Below the pieces are notes generated by a model. That model ran no database searches and was not told the origin of the DNA. It saw only the letters and a program-made list of their open reading frames with translations. From Octopus sinensis (taxonomy: Eukaryota): a stretch of DNA of 64,000 bases. The translations under genes and the position numbers were made by a program. The stretch lies in the NCBI RefSeq assembly GCF_006345805.1, contig NW_021833655.1, forward strand, positions 1-64,000. The letters run 5' to 3'. Shown one piece after another: positions 40,062-51,951 of the stretch (its first letter is position 1; each line of letters begins with the position of its first letter).

Positions 40062-41160
40062 GGCACAGGCATGGCTGTGTGGTAAGAAGCTTGCTTCCCA
40101 ACCAAATGGTTCTGGGTTCAGTCCCACTGTGTGGCACTTTGGACAAGTGTCTTCTACTATAGTCCTAGGTTTGATAGACAGAAACTGAAAGAAGTGTATT
40201 GTATTTTCATATATATGTGTGTATATAGTGTGTATCTGTGTGTATGTATGTATGTGTGTATGCATGCATGTTTGTAATGTGTGTGTGTGCATGTGTGTGT
40301 CCCTGCTTGTTTAGACATCACATGATGGTTGTAAACAAACATCGCCATAATCATGGCGTGCCAACACAGCACACGGAGTTCTGTTTTTGATTCGACGGTC
40401 ATTCGGAATGCTCACAGCAGCCATATTCCTACCACCATATGTCACGCTGGTGAGACCCATATTGGAGTACAGGATTCAAGCCTCTTCTCCTTATCTCCTC
40501 AAAGACATACATCATCTCGAAAAAGTCCAGAAGCTGGCTACCCGCATGGTTCTTGGTCTCAAGCATTTGTCTTATGAAGAAAGGCTGAAGACACTCGACC
40601 TTTATTCTCTAGAAAAACGCCGCCGCCGTGCTGATCTCATTCTCGCTCACAACATCATAAGCGGAAAGTGTAACCTCTCGAAAGAGCTGTTCTTCACTCC
40701 TGCTCCAAAGCGTCAGCTGCGGGGTCACTCCGAAAAGCTCTATCTGCGACGATTTCATCTCAATCGAAGGAGAGGGGCTTTCCCCGTCCGGGTTGTGGAT
40801 CCGTGGAATAAGCTGCCGGACGAGATAGTGAAGATGCCGACGACCACTTGGTTCAAAGACTCTCTTGACCAGAAATGGCCTGAACTCTTTGCATGAACAC
40901 CCTCCCTGTACATAACTCCATGTCCCCCTACATGGCCTTGCTTTTGCTTTTTGAGCCCAAAAATTTACTTAACTTAACTTAACTAACTTATCATGCAAAT
41001 GATGTTGGTTGTTTTTAATCTCCCATGGAAAACATATCAGGGGAGATGCTACCTTGCTTGAAAGTAATGGGGGTTGGTGACAGGAAGGTCATCCAGCTGT
41101 AGGAATGCTACATCAACAAATTGTTTGACCTGTCTAAGCATGGGACATTAAATTACGACA
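40062..41160 (+). mobile_element. tRNA-headed SINE interrupted by the CR1 insertion
   Basis: Head tggctgtgtggtaag...ggttcagtccc at 40074-40125; the body resumes after 40995 with ...aggaaggtcatccagctgtag. Confidence 0.65.
40356..40989 (+). mobile_element. 5'-truncated CR1-type LINE (ORF2 C-terminus, 3' UTR, (ACTTA)n tail)
   Basis: Open frame with YVTLVRPILEY, LEKVQKLATRMV, YEERLKTLDLYSLEKRRRRADLI, LRGH, WNKLP. ATCATG at 40350-40355 and 40990-40995 is a candidate TSD. It splits a SINE. Confidence 0.9.
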
Positions 41161-41177
41161 ATAATTTGTGTGTGTGT

Positions 41178-41211
<34 letters not shown>

Positions 41212-41550
41212 GTGTGTGTATTTTCTATCTGTTGTCTTTTACTTGCTGCAATCATTAGACGGTGGCCATGCTGGAGCACCACCTCGAATTTTAGTCAAAT
41301 GAGTTGATCTCAGTGTTTATTTTCTTTTTTTTTAAAGACTGGTACATATTCTGTCAGTCTCTTTTGCCAAACTACTATGTTACAGGGATGTGAACACACC
41401 AACACCAGTTGCGAAGCAGTGGAGAAAAACATGGATGGATACACACACACACACATACACACATCTATCTATCTGTCTGTCTGTCTATTTCTCTCCCTCT
41501 GTCTCTTTCTCTCTCTCTCTCTCTCTCTCCATATATATATATATATATAG

Positions 41551-41585
<35 letters not shown>

Positions 41586-42225
41586 GTATATATATATATG
41601 TATATATATATGTATATATATATATATATATATAATATATATATATATATATTATATATATATATTATATTTATGTATATGTTGAGGGACAAGCACAAAA
41701 ACATGTACATATAGACACACACACACACATACATGTACGTACACACACACACACACACACACATGTGCACGCGTGTTGATATAAATGTATTATTCATTCT
41801 GTTACAGAGATGCTCGCATGTATATATTTATACATCAACTTTGAACTTTCAGTTGTTAAATGTATTTCTATCAAAGGGAGTTCACTCTAATTGAATTATT
41901 CCCTTTTTTCCTAACGTGCACTTTGAACAGAAAAGTGAATTAGAAGCATAAACTAGTAAATACATACCATAATGAAAGTAAACCAAACGTTTGTTTAATA
42001 GGGACTTTTCTGTCTCCCCTATTGTGATATCTGTACTGAACTTATCGATTTGTTAAGGGATTGTGGGCAGATTGGTTCTTTGTTTCTCTTACTTAAATGT
42101 AGAATGCAATTTTTAAGAGAAAATGAAAAAATAGTAAATAAAAACATGGAAGAAATTAAATAAATATGTAAACAAAAATGGAATAACGGAGAATATATGT
42201 GTTCAAAGTATTGGAATTATATGTT

Positions 42226-42657
42226 ACTAGCAGCATAGCCTGGCGTTGCCCGGGTATGTAAGAGCCCCTAGTAGGCAACGACTAATCCCAATCTAGTCCT
42301 TTCCCCCTAGGGAACGAAGGCGCATGTGTAGGTTGCAATGTCTTCTCTTCACTCGAATACTTCTGTGTATACGATTTTCCTAGCTGTCGCTTTGGGCGAT
42401 AAAAAGGTCGAGTTGTGTCCCCTAGACAGAAAATGTGTTGCATATAAAAAACTTAGATTCTCAACCCCATGTCGAATTTATCGTTTTTTTTCAGAACTGG
42501 GGGAACTTTTCAAAATTTTCGGTGCGTTAGTTTTGAATTATGACATTGGGCTATGTGTGGTCAAGTTTCATCAGAATCGGTTGAAAGCCGTGGTCAGGGT
42601 GAGGGTACAACCTGACAGACAACAGACAGACAAACTGCCGTTTATATATAGAGAGAT
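42226..42657 (+). mobile_element. Helentron-associated non-autonomous element (HINE/DINE-1-like)
   Basis: Starts actagcagcatagcctggcgttgcccggg (short IR); ends aagtttcatcagaatcgg...(GACA)n...tttatatatagagagat; lies between T residues with no TSD. Confidence 0.7.
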
Positions 42658-43145
42658 TTCTGTTGGGATATATTGTAGATTATCCTATTTTTGTTTTTTT
42701 AGTAGGTTCCTTCGCCTGTGGGGGCATGAAGACATTAATTCTGTGAGGCAGTTTAATAATTTGGTATTTTCTTATTTTGTAAAGATCAATAGCTTTTTCC
42801 ATAAATATGAAAATGAAAAATGAAATGTCATCAAGAGTGTTTACAGAATCGGGATTATGTTATTTCTTTTGGGATCTTTCGAATCTTTTTAGTAGGCATT
42901 TTCATGCGTGCGAGTATGAAGAAATGAATTTTTTTGGTTCAAGATTGACAGCTTTTCCATAAATATGAAAATGAAAATGAAATGTCAGTGTTTATGGTTT
43001 GGGGGGTCAGGTGTTATTTCTATTGGGATGCATCTATGTTTTTTGTTGGTTTTTTTTTTTTTTCCTTTTGGTAGGTATCTTCACATGTGGGAACACGAAG
43101 AAATTAATTCTGCGAGGCAATTTAATAATTTGGCAAGATATTTTT
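42658..43145 (+). repeat. Old ~155-205-bp tandem repeat, three units
   Basis: ttgggat...ttagtagg...gaaga.attaatt blocks at ~42664, 42869 and 43024. Confidence 0.7.
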
Positions 43146-43204
43146 GTTGAAGAGTGATAACTACCCCTTAGTGCAAAGATTACAAAATTTTGATTGCACG
43201 CTAA

Positions 43205-43630
43205 TAATGTACAGTTTGTTCCACTGAAAACAGGTACCATGAATTGATATTTTTTGTCCTATGAGGTACTATGGGAGGACTTTGCTTTTCATCCTTTCGG
43301 GGTCGATAAATTAGGTACCAGTTACACACTGGGGTCGATGTAATCGACTTAATCCATGTGTCTGTCCTTCTTTGTCCCCTCTGTGTTTAGCCCCTTGTGG
43401 GTAGTAAAGAAATAGGTACTATAGGAGGTAGAGTTTGTCCTTGTAGGAATAGGTACCATGAATTGGTGTTGTTTGCTTGAGTTGTGAACAGTATTATGTG
43501 AGGTACAGTTTGTCCTAGCTATAAATAAGTACCATGAGTTGGTACTGTATACTCTACTTTTAGATAGGTATTATTAGAGGTACAGTTTGTACATAAGAGT
43601 AAACAGGGACCCATGAACAGGTACCATGTG
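43205..43630 (+). repeat. Degenerate ~75-bp minisatellite interrupted by a SINE
   Basis: gtacagtttgt...aggtaccatgaa recurs about four times. Confidence 0.6.
43279..43413 (+). mobile_element. 5'-truncated SINE family B with TSD
   Basis: Flanked by aggtactatgggagg / aggtactataggagg (14/15). Confidence 0.85.
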
Positions 43631-44245
43631 TCAGCATCAGTCACTTCTACAAAGAAACAAGGCATTTACATAACAGACAAGGGTTTCATCAGCTGCAACG
43701 GGCTGAACTGAACTCCAGCTCAATCTCCCAAAAGGGTTTACCGGGGAAAAGACAGATCCAGCTCTTACCTACCAATAACTTCCACCCCAAAGCACCAAAC
43801 GCCCCCACTTCACTCCACCCATTTCTCCCGTTCCTCACTGAACTGAACTGAATGCAGCTAATCACCCCCATTGATGCGACACGACATGAAAGATAAACAA
43901 AATATTGAGGTGATTCAACTAGCGATGATGTTATGATGCTCTCTAATGAGGCTGCATTGAGTGAGGAGCTGGCAACCCTTTCATCTGTCTTGTGTCTCTT
44001 CATTTAGTGACCGTTTCCTTCTTAATTTAGATGTGTGTGCTCCCATTTTGTTCTCTCTTTTTTCCTCTCTCTTTTCTGCATAAGGCGCTAATTTGTAATT
44101 TGAGACTTCCTCGATCTTGCGGAGTTTTCATTTTCATATTTTGGTATTTTTATGGGGTTTTTTTTTTCTTTAATTTTCATTTGATGTGACATTTCATGAA
44201 GAATAAAATCATTGGCTGCAGTTTTCCCATTGGACCAGTTATTGG

Positions 44246-44535
44246 TTCGTTGCATCCTGTGATGGTGAGAATGATAAGGGAGTGTCTAGGAAACTCGGGC
44301 AGAACAAATGTTACAAGGTATTTTAATACCAAGGTTTTTTAGTTTGAATCCAAACCACCGATGCTGAGATTTTGTTGCCAGTTTTTATTTTTCGTTGCAT
44401 CCTGTGATGGTGAGAATGATAAGGGAGTGTCTAGAAAACTCGGGCAGAACAAATGTTACAAGGTATTTTAATACCAAGGTTTTTTAGTTTGAATCAAAAC
44501 CATCGATGCCTAGATTTTGTTGCCAGTTTTTTTGT
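44246..44535 (+). repeat. Recent tandem duplication, 145-bp period
   Basis: ttcgttgcatcctgtgatgg at 44246 and 44391; few differences. Confidence 0.9.
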
Positions 44536-45134
44536 TTTTTCTTTACATTATTTGCCATTGTATAATGTAGAAAACTGTACAAATTGACAATGTGAGCACA
44601 CACACACACATCTACATACACATATATATGTGTGTAGACACAGAGATACATACCTGCACACATATATACATACACAAATATATATGTATACACATGTGCA
44701 TGTTCGTGCCTATACTCACATACACACACACATGCACGCATGCACATATATATATATATACATGCACATACATGTATACACATGCATACATATAATGGCG
44801 GTGCTCCAGAATGGCTATTTTTCGCTTGCTGGAACTGGTAAAAGCATACATGTGTACTCATACATATATATTTGCATGTGTGTGTATGTGTGGGGGGTAT
44901 CCTTTGTCTTAACATCACATGATAGTTGTAAACAAGTTTCACTGCCACACAAGTAGAGTCTTTCACTTCCAATCTTCCATGAAAACATGTCAAGTCACAG
45001 AGGGAGACACTTCCTTGTTGGTGGGAAACAAGTGGGAGTTGGCAAGCAAAAAGGGAAGATGACCATAGAAAATCTGTCTTGGTGAGACCCGTATGATTCA
45101 TGCCAGCCTGGAAAAGAGGATGTTGGAAATGACA

Positions 45135-45154
45135 ACAACAGTGACAACGGCAAC

Positions 45155-45224
<70 letters not shown>

Positions 45225-45833
45225 GTGGTGATGGTGATGGTGATGATGGTGGTGATGGTGATGGTGATGGTGATGATGGTGATGATGACAATGATGATGG
45301 TTATGATGACAGCAATAGTGATGACAATAATAATGGTGATGATGGCGATGACAATGATGATATTGATGATATGATGATATTGATGATATTGATTATGATG
45401 ATGATGATGATGGTGGTGATAACAGTAATAATTGTGTCGATGGTGATGATGACGATGGTGATGACGATGACGATGATGATGATGATGATGATGACAATGG
45501 TGATGATAATGATAGTGATGATAATAACAATGATGACAGTGATGATGAAAACAATGACGAGCACAGCAGCAACAAGGCTGATGACATAGGATAAGGAATG
45601 TGGCATGGGGAAAGACCCAATTTATGCCATTGTGGTAATAATAATAATTTAACCTTAAACTAAATGATGGTGGATGAAAGTTTTACAGAATGGTAGAGTA
45701 TCAAGTTCATGTCAAGACTGACAGGCAGTGGTGGTGGTGGTGGTGGTGGTGGTGTTGGTGGTGGTGGTGGTGGTGGTGGTGGTGGTGGTGGTGGTGGTGG
45801 TGGTGGTGTTGGTGGTGGTGGTGGTGGTGGTGG

Positions 45834-45882
<49 letters not shown>

Positions 45883-45932
45883 GGTGGTGGTGGTGGTGGT
45901 GGTAGTAGTAGTGGTAGTAGTAGTATTAGTAT

Positions 45933-45972
<40 letters not shown>

Positions 45973-45975
45973 CAT
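45135..45975. repeat. Compound trinucleotide microsatellites (GAT)n/(GGT)n/(GTT)n/(AGT)n
   Basis: Direct reading. Similar fields at 12590-13380, 14000-14360, 29140-29830, 34000-34320 and 63000-63240; di/tetranucleotide fields at 60-180, 1780-2190, 25410-25920, 28140-28720, 51770-53430 and 60370-60620. Confidence 0.98.
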
Positions 45976-46220
45976 GGTGGCAGTGGGGCAAGGGTTTTCC
46001 CAGTTTGTGCAACGGAAGACAAATACTCACACATGCTCACACACATATATACACACGCACACACACATACACACACACATATGCATATACACATACACAT
46101 GAATAGAGATGCAACACTTCAATGTATGTGCACAGAGATATATCCATATACCTACACACACACATGCATGTATGCACAAATATACAAACCATTGCTTACA
46201 TAGTCATACACATATACATC

Positions 46221-46545
46221 ATGCCAGTGGCATGTAAAAGGGCACCATTCGAGCGTGATCGTTACCAACATCGCCTTACTGACACCTGTGCTGGTGGCAT
46301 GTGTAAAAAGATTCGAATGAGGTCATTGCCAGTACCGCCTGACTGGCCCCCGTGCCGGTGGCACGTATGAAGCACCCACTACCTTCTCGGAGTGGTTGGC
46401 ATTAGGAAGGGCATCCAGCCGTAGAAACTCTGCCAAATCAAGATTGGAGCCTGGTGCAGCCATCTGGTTCGCCAGCCCTCAGTCAAAATCGTCCTACCCA
46501 TGCTAGCATGGAAAGTGGGCGTTAAACGGTGATGATGATGATGAA
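46221..46545 (+). mobile_element. Retroposon with (GAT)n tail (family C, RTE-like 3' end)
   Basis: ttggcattaggaagggcatccagccgtagaaa ... cccatgctagcatggaaa..cgttaaac(GAT)n. Other copies at 4752-5035, 17166-17267, 21824-22090(-), 22395-22655, 32000-32215(-), 36548-36625(-), 50625-50808 and 58945-58997. Confidence 0.8.
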
Positions 46546-47154
46546 CGATGATGTGTGTATAGACACGTTACACATGCACACACATATACAGACACGTGCA
46601 TAGAATCATACACATATACAGATACATGCATAGAGACACATCCATGCATGAACTTGTACACAAAGAGACTCACCTATGCACACACATACACATGCATGCA
46701 CAGATACACACACACACACATGCACAGGCGTGCCTATACATGCACATATGTGCCAGACATACCTATACATGCACACATATGCATGTGTATGCACACATAT
46801 TCATACACATGCAAAAAGAGAAATATATATATATGTAATACACACATGCATGGGAGAAGTCATCTTCTGGCTGAATAAGACCACTTCCTAAATTCCGTTG
46901 AGTCCATGCAAACATTCCGAGAGTTCATGAAGTTCCTGTGCAGGAATTTGTTCTGAGTGGATAAAGTGTTGCACAGCACTGAATCCACTTGTCAGCGCCA
47001 ATCAGCTGCAAAACCAGCGGCACAGTAGAGGTTGAGACAACCAACAGTACTTCAGTTTTTTTAATACAAATTTACCTCCTCCAAGAATATGTGCGTGTCT
47101 GTATAATTTATATGTGTATGTGTGTGTGTGTGTGTATAATTGGTATATATATAT

Positions 47155-47306
47155 GTGGCTGTGTGGTAAGTAGCTTGCTTCCCAATCACATGGCTCCAGG
47201 TTAGTCCCACTGCATGGCACCTTGGGCAAGTGTCTTCTGCTATAGCTTCAGGCCGACCAAAGCCTTGTGAGTGGATTTGGTAGACGGAAACTGAAAGAAG
47301 CCCATC

Positions 47307-47354
<48 letters not shown>

Positions 47355-47563
47355 GTGCATATGTGTTTGTGTCTGTTTGTCCCTCCAACATCGCTTGACA
47401 ACCGATGCTGGTGTGTTTATGTCCCCATAACTTAGTGGTTTGGCAATAGAGATCGATAGAATAAGTACTAGGCTTACAAAGAATAAGTCCTGGGGTCTAT
47501 TTGCTCGACTAAAGGTGGTGCTCCAGCATCACCGCAGTCAAATGACTGAAACAAATAAAAGAA
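47155..47563 (+). mobile_element. SINE family A
   Basis: Colinear with 10983-11394. Partial copies also at ~990-1080, 10100-10280, 25072-25210, 25930-26090, 41232-41420 and 63780-63970. Confidence 0.85.
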
Positions 47564-47606
47564 TATATATATATACTTTATTAAAAAGCAGCAAAAATAT
47601 CACAAA

Positions 47607-47648
47607 AACTGTTACTCAGAGTTTCACATTCCCGTTCATCGGACAGTT
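47607..47648 (-). ncRNA. Minimal hammerhead motif, U4C variant (left arm of inverted repeat)
   Basis: Minus strand aacugu-CCGAUGA-acg-GGAA-ugu-GAAA-CUC-U-GAG-UA-acaguu; stem III with a 1-nt loop. Confidence 0.65.
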
Positions 47649-47844
47649 ATTCCTAAATCGGACTGATTTCTGGATTAATCCATGTGGATTCTTCCTTCTC
47701 CAGCGAGAAACACAGTTAGAATAAATGGAACACTTACATATACGCACGGAAAAAGCAGATACCAAGTCATGAGTACATTTAAGTACCCTAATTATATCTA
47801 AGAATCCTTGTGGATTAATCCAGAAATCAGTCTGATACAGGAAT

Positions 47845-47884
47845 AACTGTCTGACGAACGGGAACGTGAAACTGAGTAACAGTT
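47845..47884 (+). ncRNA. Minimal type I hammerhead ribozyme motif (right arm of inverted repeat)
   Basis: aacugu-CUGACGA-acg-GGAA-cgu-GAAA-C-uga-G-UA-acaguu: 6-bp stem I, canonical core, stem II capped by a GNRA loop, GUA site. Confidence 0.75.
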
Positions 47885-48370
47885 TTTGTGATATTTTTGC
47901 TGCTTTATAATAAAGCATATTACTCTGCCTCTGGTATTTGAGTACTATTTTTTCCACCTTGTTTCACATTTATTTCCTTACTCTGGTATATATATATATA
48001 TATATATATATATGAGTGAAAGAAATGGATTTCATGAGATCTTTTATGCACGACAACTGTTTGTTCAGCATCTCACCTACAAGGTACCAGGGCACAATGG
48101 ATTGAAACAAGCATAGTGAATAATGAGTTTTGTGAATTCCATTTTCTTTCTCTCATATTTTTGTTGACTCTGTGGACACAAACAAATTCCTAAAGTAAAT
48201 CCAGTGGAATACTCCTCTCTACTGTTGATAACATCAGGTAACCAAGTACAGTGAATGAGCTAATGAGCTGAAGCTAGTAAAGAAAATGTGTGTGTGTGCG
48301 TGTGTGTGTGTGCATGTGCATGTGTGTGTATGTGTATATGTATGTGTGTATGTATGTATGTATGTATGTT

Positions 48371-48925
48371 CATGTCAGATCACTTTCGAGTGCTACTGGT
48401 AATATGTAACCCAGTACAACCTATTGCATGGTCGGGTCGTCAGCGACTAAACTGGCAACCCCACCAAGCTTGCTTAGTGAGGAGGGTGTTTATTGGACAC
48501 TCTGTGGGATGAAAAACAAAACCCATCAAAGGGCGGAGGAACTCTTGAGAGTCAACGGCCATCCAATAAATGTCTTAAGGCTGTATCATGCGTGGGGACA
48601 TAGAAATTATCGGACTGAATACCCAATCGCACGGTTAAACCATTGGGAGTGAAGGACTCCCAGCCTTTGTTAGGGTATCCTTCTAGAAGAAGGTAACTCA
48701 GGTAACTGGGATAACTCCGACATAAAACCTGCAGCTCAGTGGTTACCGATGATGTTGACTTGTTCTTCTTTTTGGATTATGGCTGCTGTTGCTCAGTGAG
48801 TGGGATTGACTCAGTGCACAACCTTTCCTCACTTTAAAAAAAATATTCTTCCACAGGCATTGCACGACAACAACATTGATTAAGCTTCATGCAATGGCCA
48901 TACTCGATAACGAGGGGCAGCCACC
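48371..48925 (+). mobile_element. Non-autonomous retroelement with RTE-like 3' end
   Basis: 3' hairpin ctcg-ataa-cgag-gggcagccacc resembles RTE 3' termini; (ATGT)n on both sides; several 5' hairpins. Confidence 0.5.
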
Positions 48926-49189
48926 ATGTATGTATGTATGCATGCATATATGTATAGTAAAAAATGACTTGTGGATGGAAATTTTTAGACTTATTAATAT
49001 ACTGTGACATATACTTCTGCGTCCCACATGTTCATTTGTGAGGACTTTTTCACATCCATAGGATATTATTAAATATCGTTTATAACATCTGTGAAGTTTG
49101 AGTATTCCTCCATACCATGTATATGCTTCCTAGATATTTACATTAATGTAAACGCCCATACACACAGGTATATACACATATACCACATT

Positions 49190-50048
49190 TAACCCTTTAG
49201 CTTCTAAACTTGCCATATCCAGTTCAAATATTCTGTGTGTTTTATGTCCAAACTGCTCAGATCCAATCCCTTGCACCTACCCTACAATGTCATTCTATAA
49301 GTAAACAATCAAATCATTGAAATTTCGAAGCACTAGGTCAGTGGTTTTCAACCAGGGTTCTGCAGAACCTTAGGGTTCCGCCAGTACAGTCCAGGGGTTC
49401 CGCAAGAAGTTACAAAACTGCTAAAATCGGCAGTAATTTTTAATTCTCCTGTGCAGATATGTGTGCATAAGACTATTAAATTATTGCACAGGTGTTCCCC
49501 GAGCCAGTGGAATGTTTCCTTGGGGTTCCGCTCCAGCAAAATGTTTGAAAAGCACTGCTCTAGGTTAATGCATTATTAATTAAAATAATGGGAATAAATA
49601 AGAATTATGTTTGATAAGATTATCCGAATGCTAAAGAGTTAAGCCAGCTATATCTGGCCCAAATATTCGGTGGTCAAGCTGCACAGCTCTGGCTTTTCAG
49701 ACTTACCTTCGATGTCATTTTAAAAATGAAATCACACAATTGAAGTCTCAAAGCTACAAGATAATCCAGGATTAATACAAAACAATGTGAATAGATAAGC
49801 ATTGCATTTGAGGGAGTAATCTGAATACTAAAAGGGTTAGACTGACCGTATCTCACTGAAATATTCTTCCTGTTTTATGGTCAAACTGACCAGATCAGGT
49901 CTCTCACACCTACCCAACACCATCATTCCAAAAATGCACTATAACATCATTCAGATCTCAAAGCTACAAGATAATGCATGATTAATTAAAAACAATGCGG
50001 ATAAATAAGCATTACGTTTGACAGAATTACCTGATTGCTAAATGGTTA
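49190..50048 (+). mobile_element. Head-to-tail trimer of the piggyBac-type MITE
   Basis: One left TIR and three bodies, each ending in a gctaaagggttaa-like right end (~49640, ~49836, ~50048). The first body holds the hAT MITE. Confidence 0.7.
49339..49557. mobile_element. hAT (Charlie-like) MITE
   Basis: TIRs cagtggttttcaa / ttgaaaagcactg; 8-bp TSD cactaggt / ctctaggt (7/8). Confidence 0.85.
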
Positions 50049-50483
50049 AGGCAACCAAGGTTAGAGCCAATCAATGAGATCAATAAAGATTGATTGACAC
50101 AGGTTAATGAGGAAGACATGAATCAATGAAGTGCTTTCTACATTGTTGCTTGATCTACAAGAACAAAAAAAACAGCAGCCAAATCGCCCTCCAACCACTT
50201 ACATACTGATGATGATGATGATGATGATGAATGCAATTCAGGTTACAATACTCCTGAAAATAAGCAGTGATGATCATGGCCAGAAGGTCTTTGATCATAA
50301 AACTTATAGGATCACAGGTGACTTGTGGTTGAACAATAGCAGCAGGATTAGGACTCACACAATCATGAGTATATGTGTGGTATATAAACACACCAACACA
50401 CATGCATACATAATAATGAAGCACACACATTTGTTGTGTTAAGCAACATGTACACCCAGTTTAATGCAAATTAATCCCCACTG

Positions 50484-50561
<78 letters not shown>

Positions 50562-50818
50562 TACATAATACATACATACATGCATGAAATAAATATCAAA
50601 TGGAAATAGTAGTTGTGATACCTGTACTGGTGCACGTAAAAAGCACCCACTACACTCACGGAGTGGTTGGCGTTAGGAAGGGCATCCAGCCGTAGAAACA
50701 CTGCCAGATCAGACTGGAGCCTGGTGCAGCCTCCTGGCTTCCCAGACCCCGGTCGAACCGTCTAACCCATGCTAGCACGGAAAATGGACGTTAAATGATG
50801 ATGATGATATATATATAG

Positions 50819-50853
<35 letters not shown>

Positions 50854-50919
50854 CATATATATTGCCAGGTAGATACATATAAATATATATTGCCAGGTAG
50901 ATACATATAAATATATATA

Positions 50920-51103
50920 CAAGAGGGTGCTGAAAAGTTCCTGGCTTTAAGTTTCCGAGTTCTTTTACGAGTCTTAGAAAAACTGAAGGACCGTTGCAAT
51001 AAGTGTGTGAATCTGAGAGGGAATATGTTGAATAAAATCATAATTAACTGATCCCCTTGTACTTTCTTCTACCCAAGGCCAGGATCTTTTCAGCACATCC
51101 TCA
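50920..51103 (+). mobile_element. Mariner-derived MITE
   Basis: TA flanks, ~30-bp imperfect TIRs (caagagggtgctgaaaagttcctggctt / aaggccaggatcttttcagcacatcctca). The interior encodes LEKLKDRCNKCVNLRG-(frameshift)-YVE*, a mariner transposase C-terminus. Confidence 0.85.
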
Positions 51104-51331
51104 TACAACACATGATCGACCAGACTGTTGGATGCTGTTATACATTGCTGGTCACAATGCACTCTGCATTGTTTTAGCTTTCAAATCCTGCCACCCCACT
51201 GATTAGGTGAGCAAACCCATATTCCCCACTGATCGGAAGGCTGCCCATTGCAGGGTTAACTATTTGCACCTGAGTGGACTGGAATAACATGAAATAAAGA
51301 GTTTTGCTCAAGAATACAGTGCACTGCCTGG

Positions 51332-51500
51332 CATTAGTGAAGCTAGGGGAGGGGGCTGTAGGGGCAGTCCACCCCGGGTGGCACTTTTAAAGAGGCACTA
51401 CGTTTGGGCGTGCTGTAGGCAATACGTGTTTTGTGTTGGGGTCCAGGGGTGGAAAACGGAAGGGCTGCCCTGGGTGGCACACACTCTAACTACACTAGTG
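51332..51500. mobile_element. hAT-type MITE inserted in a SINE
   Basis: TIRs cattagtgaagctag / ctaactacactagtg (12/15); flanks ctgcctgg / ctgcccag, both derivable from ctgcccgg by CpG decay. Confidence 0.75.
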
Positions 51501-51575
51501 CTGCCCAGTCCAGGAATTGAACTCATGATTCAGTCATCAAGAGTGCAACATGCCAACCACTTGGCCATGCACCTT

Positions 51576-51608
<33 letters not shown>

Positions 51609-51771
51609 ATGTATAGTTATAGTGTGTTATGTATTACATTAAATAAAAATAATATTTCACTTCAGTTCAATACATCACGTTAATCAAGATGTCTCAAGGA
51701 CTTTATTTAAAAGTGGCTTCTTGTTCATAAATAGCATAAATAGCTTTTCCTATATCATCTATCTACAACAC

Positions 51772-51823
<52 letters not shown>

Positions 51824-51918
51824 TATATATATATATATATATATATATGATATATAATATATATATATATATATATATTTTATATATATATTACATATAA
51901 TGTATATATATATATGAT

Positions 51919-51951
<33 letters not shown>

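Larger units (their letters stand above)
47571..47988. mobile_element. Penelope-like remnant with inverted terminal repeats
   Basis: Arms 47571-47693 and 47800-47920 are reverse complements around a ~106-bp spacer; the right arm continues ~70 bp; (TA)n on both flanks. Confidence 0.65.

Noticed and set aside
34540-43700. Other CTGANGA hits (minus strand near 34555, 42570, 43687)
   Set aside because: No stem II plus GAAA plus stem III arrangement.
45728-45960. G-quadruplex/Z-DNA/H-DNA-prone tracts ((GGT)n, (CA)n, long CT runs)
   Set aside because: An expected by-product of ubiquitous microsatellites; nothing locus-specific.
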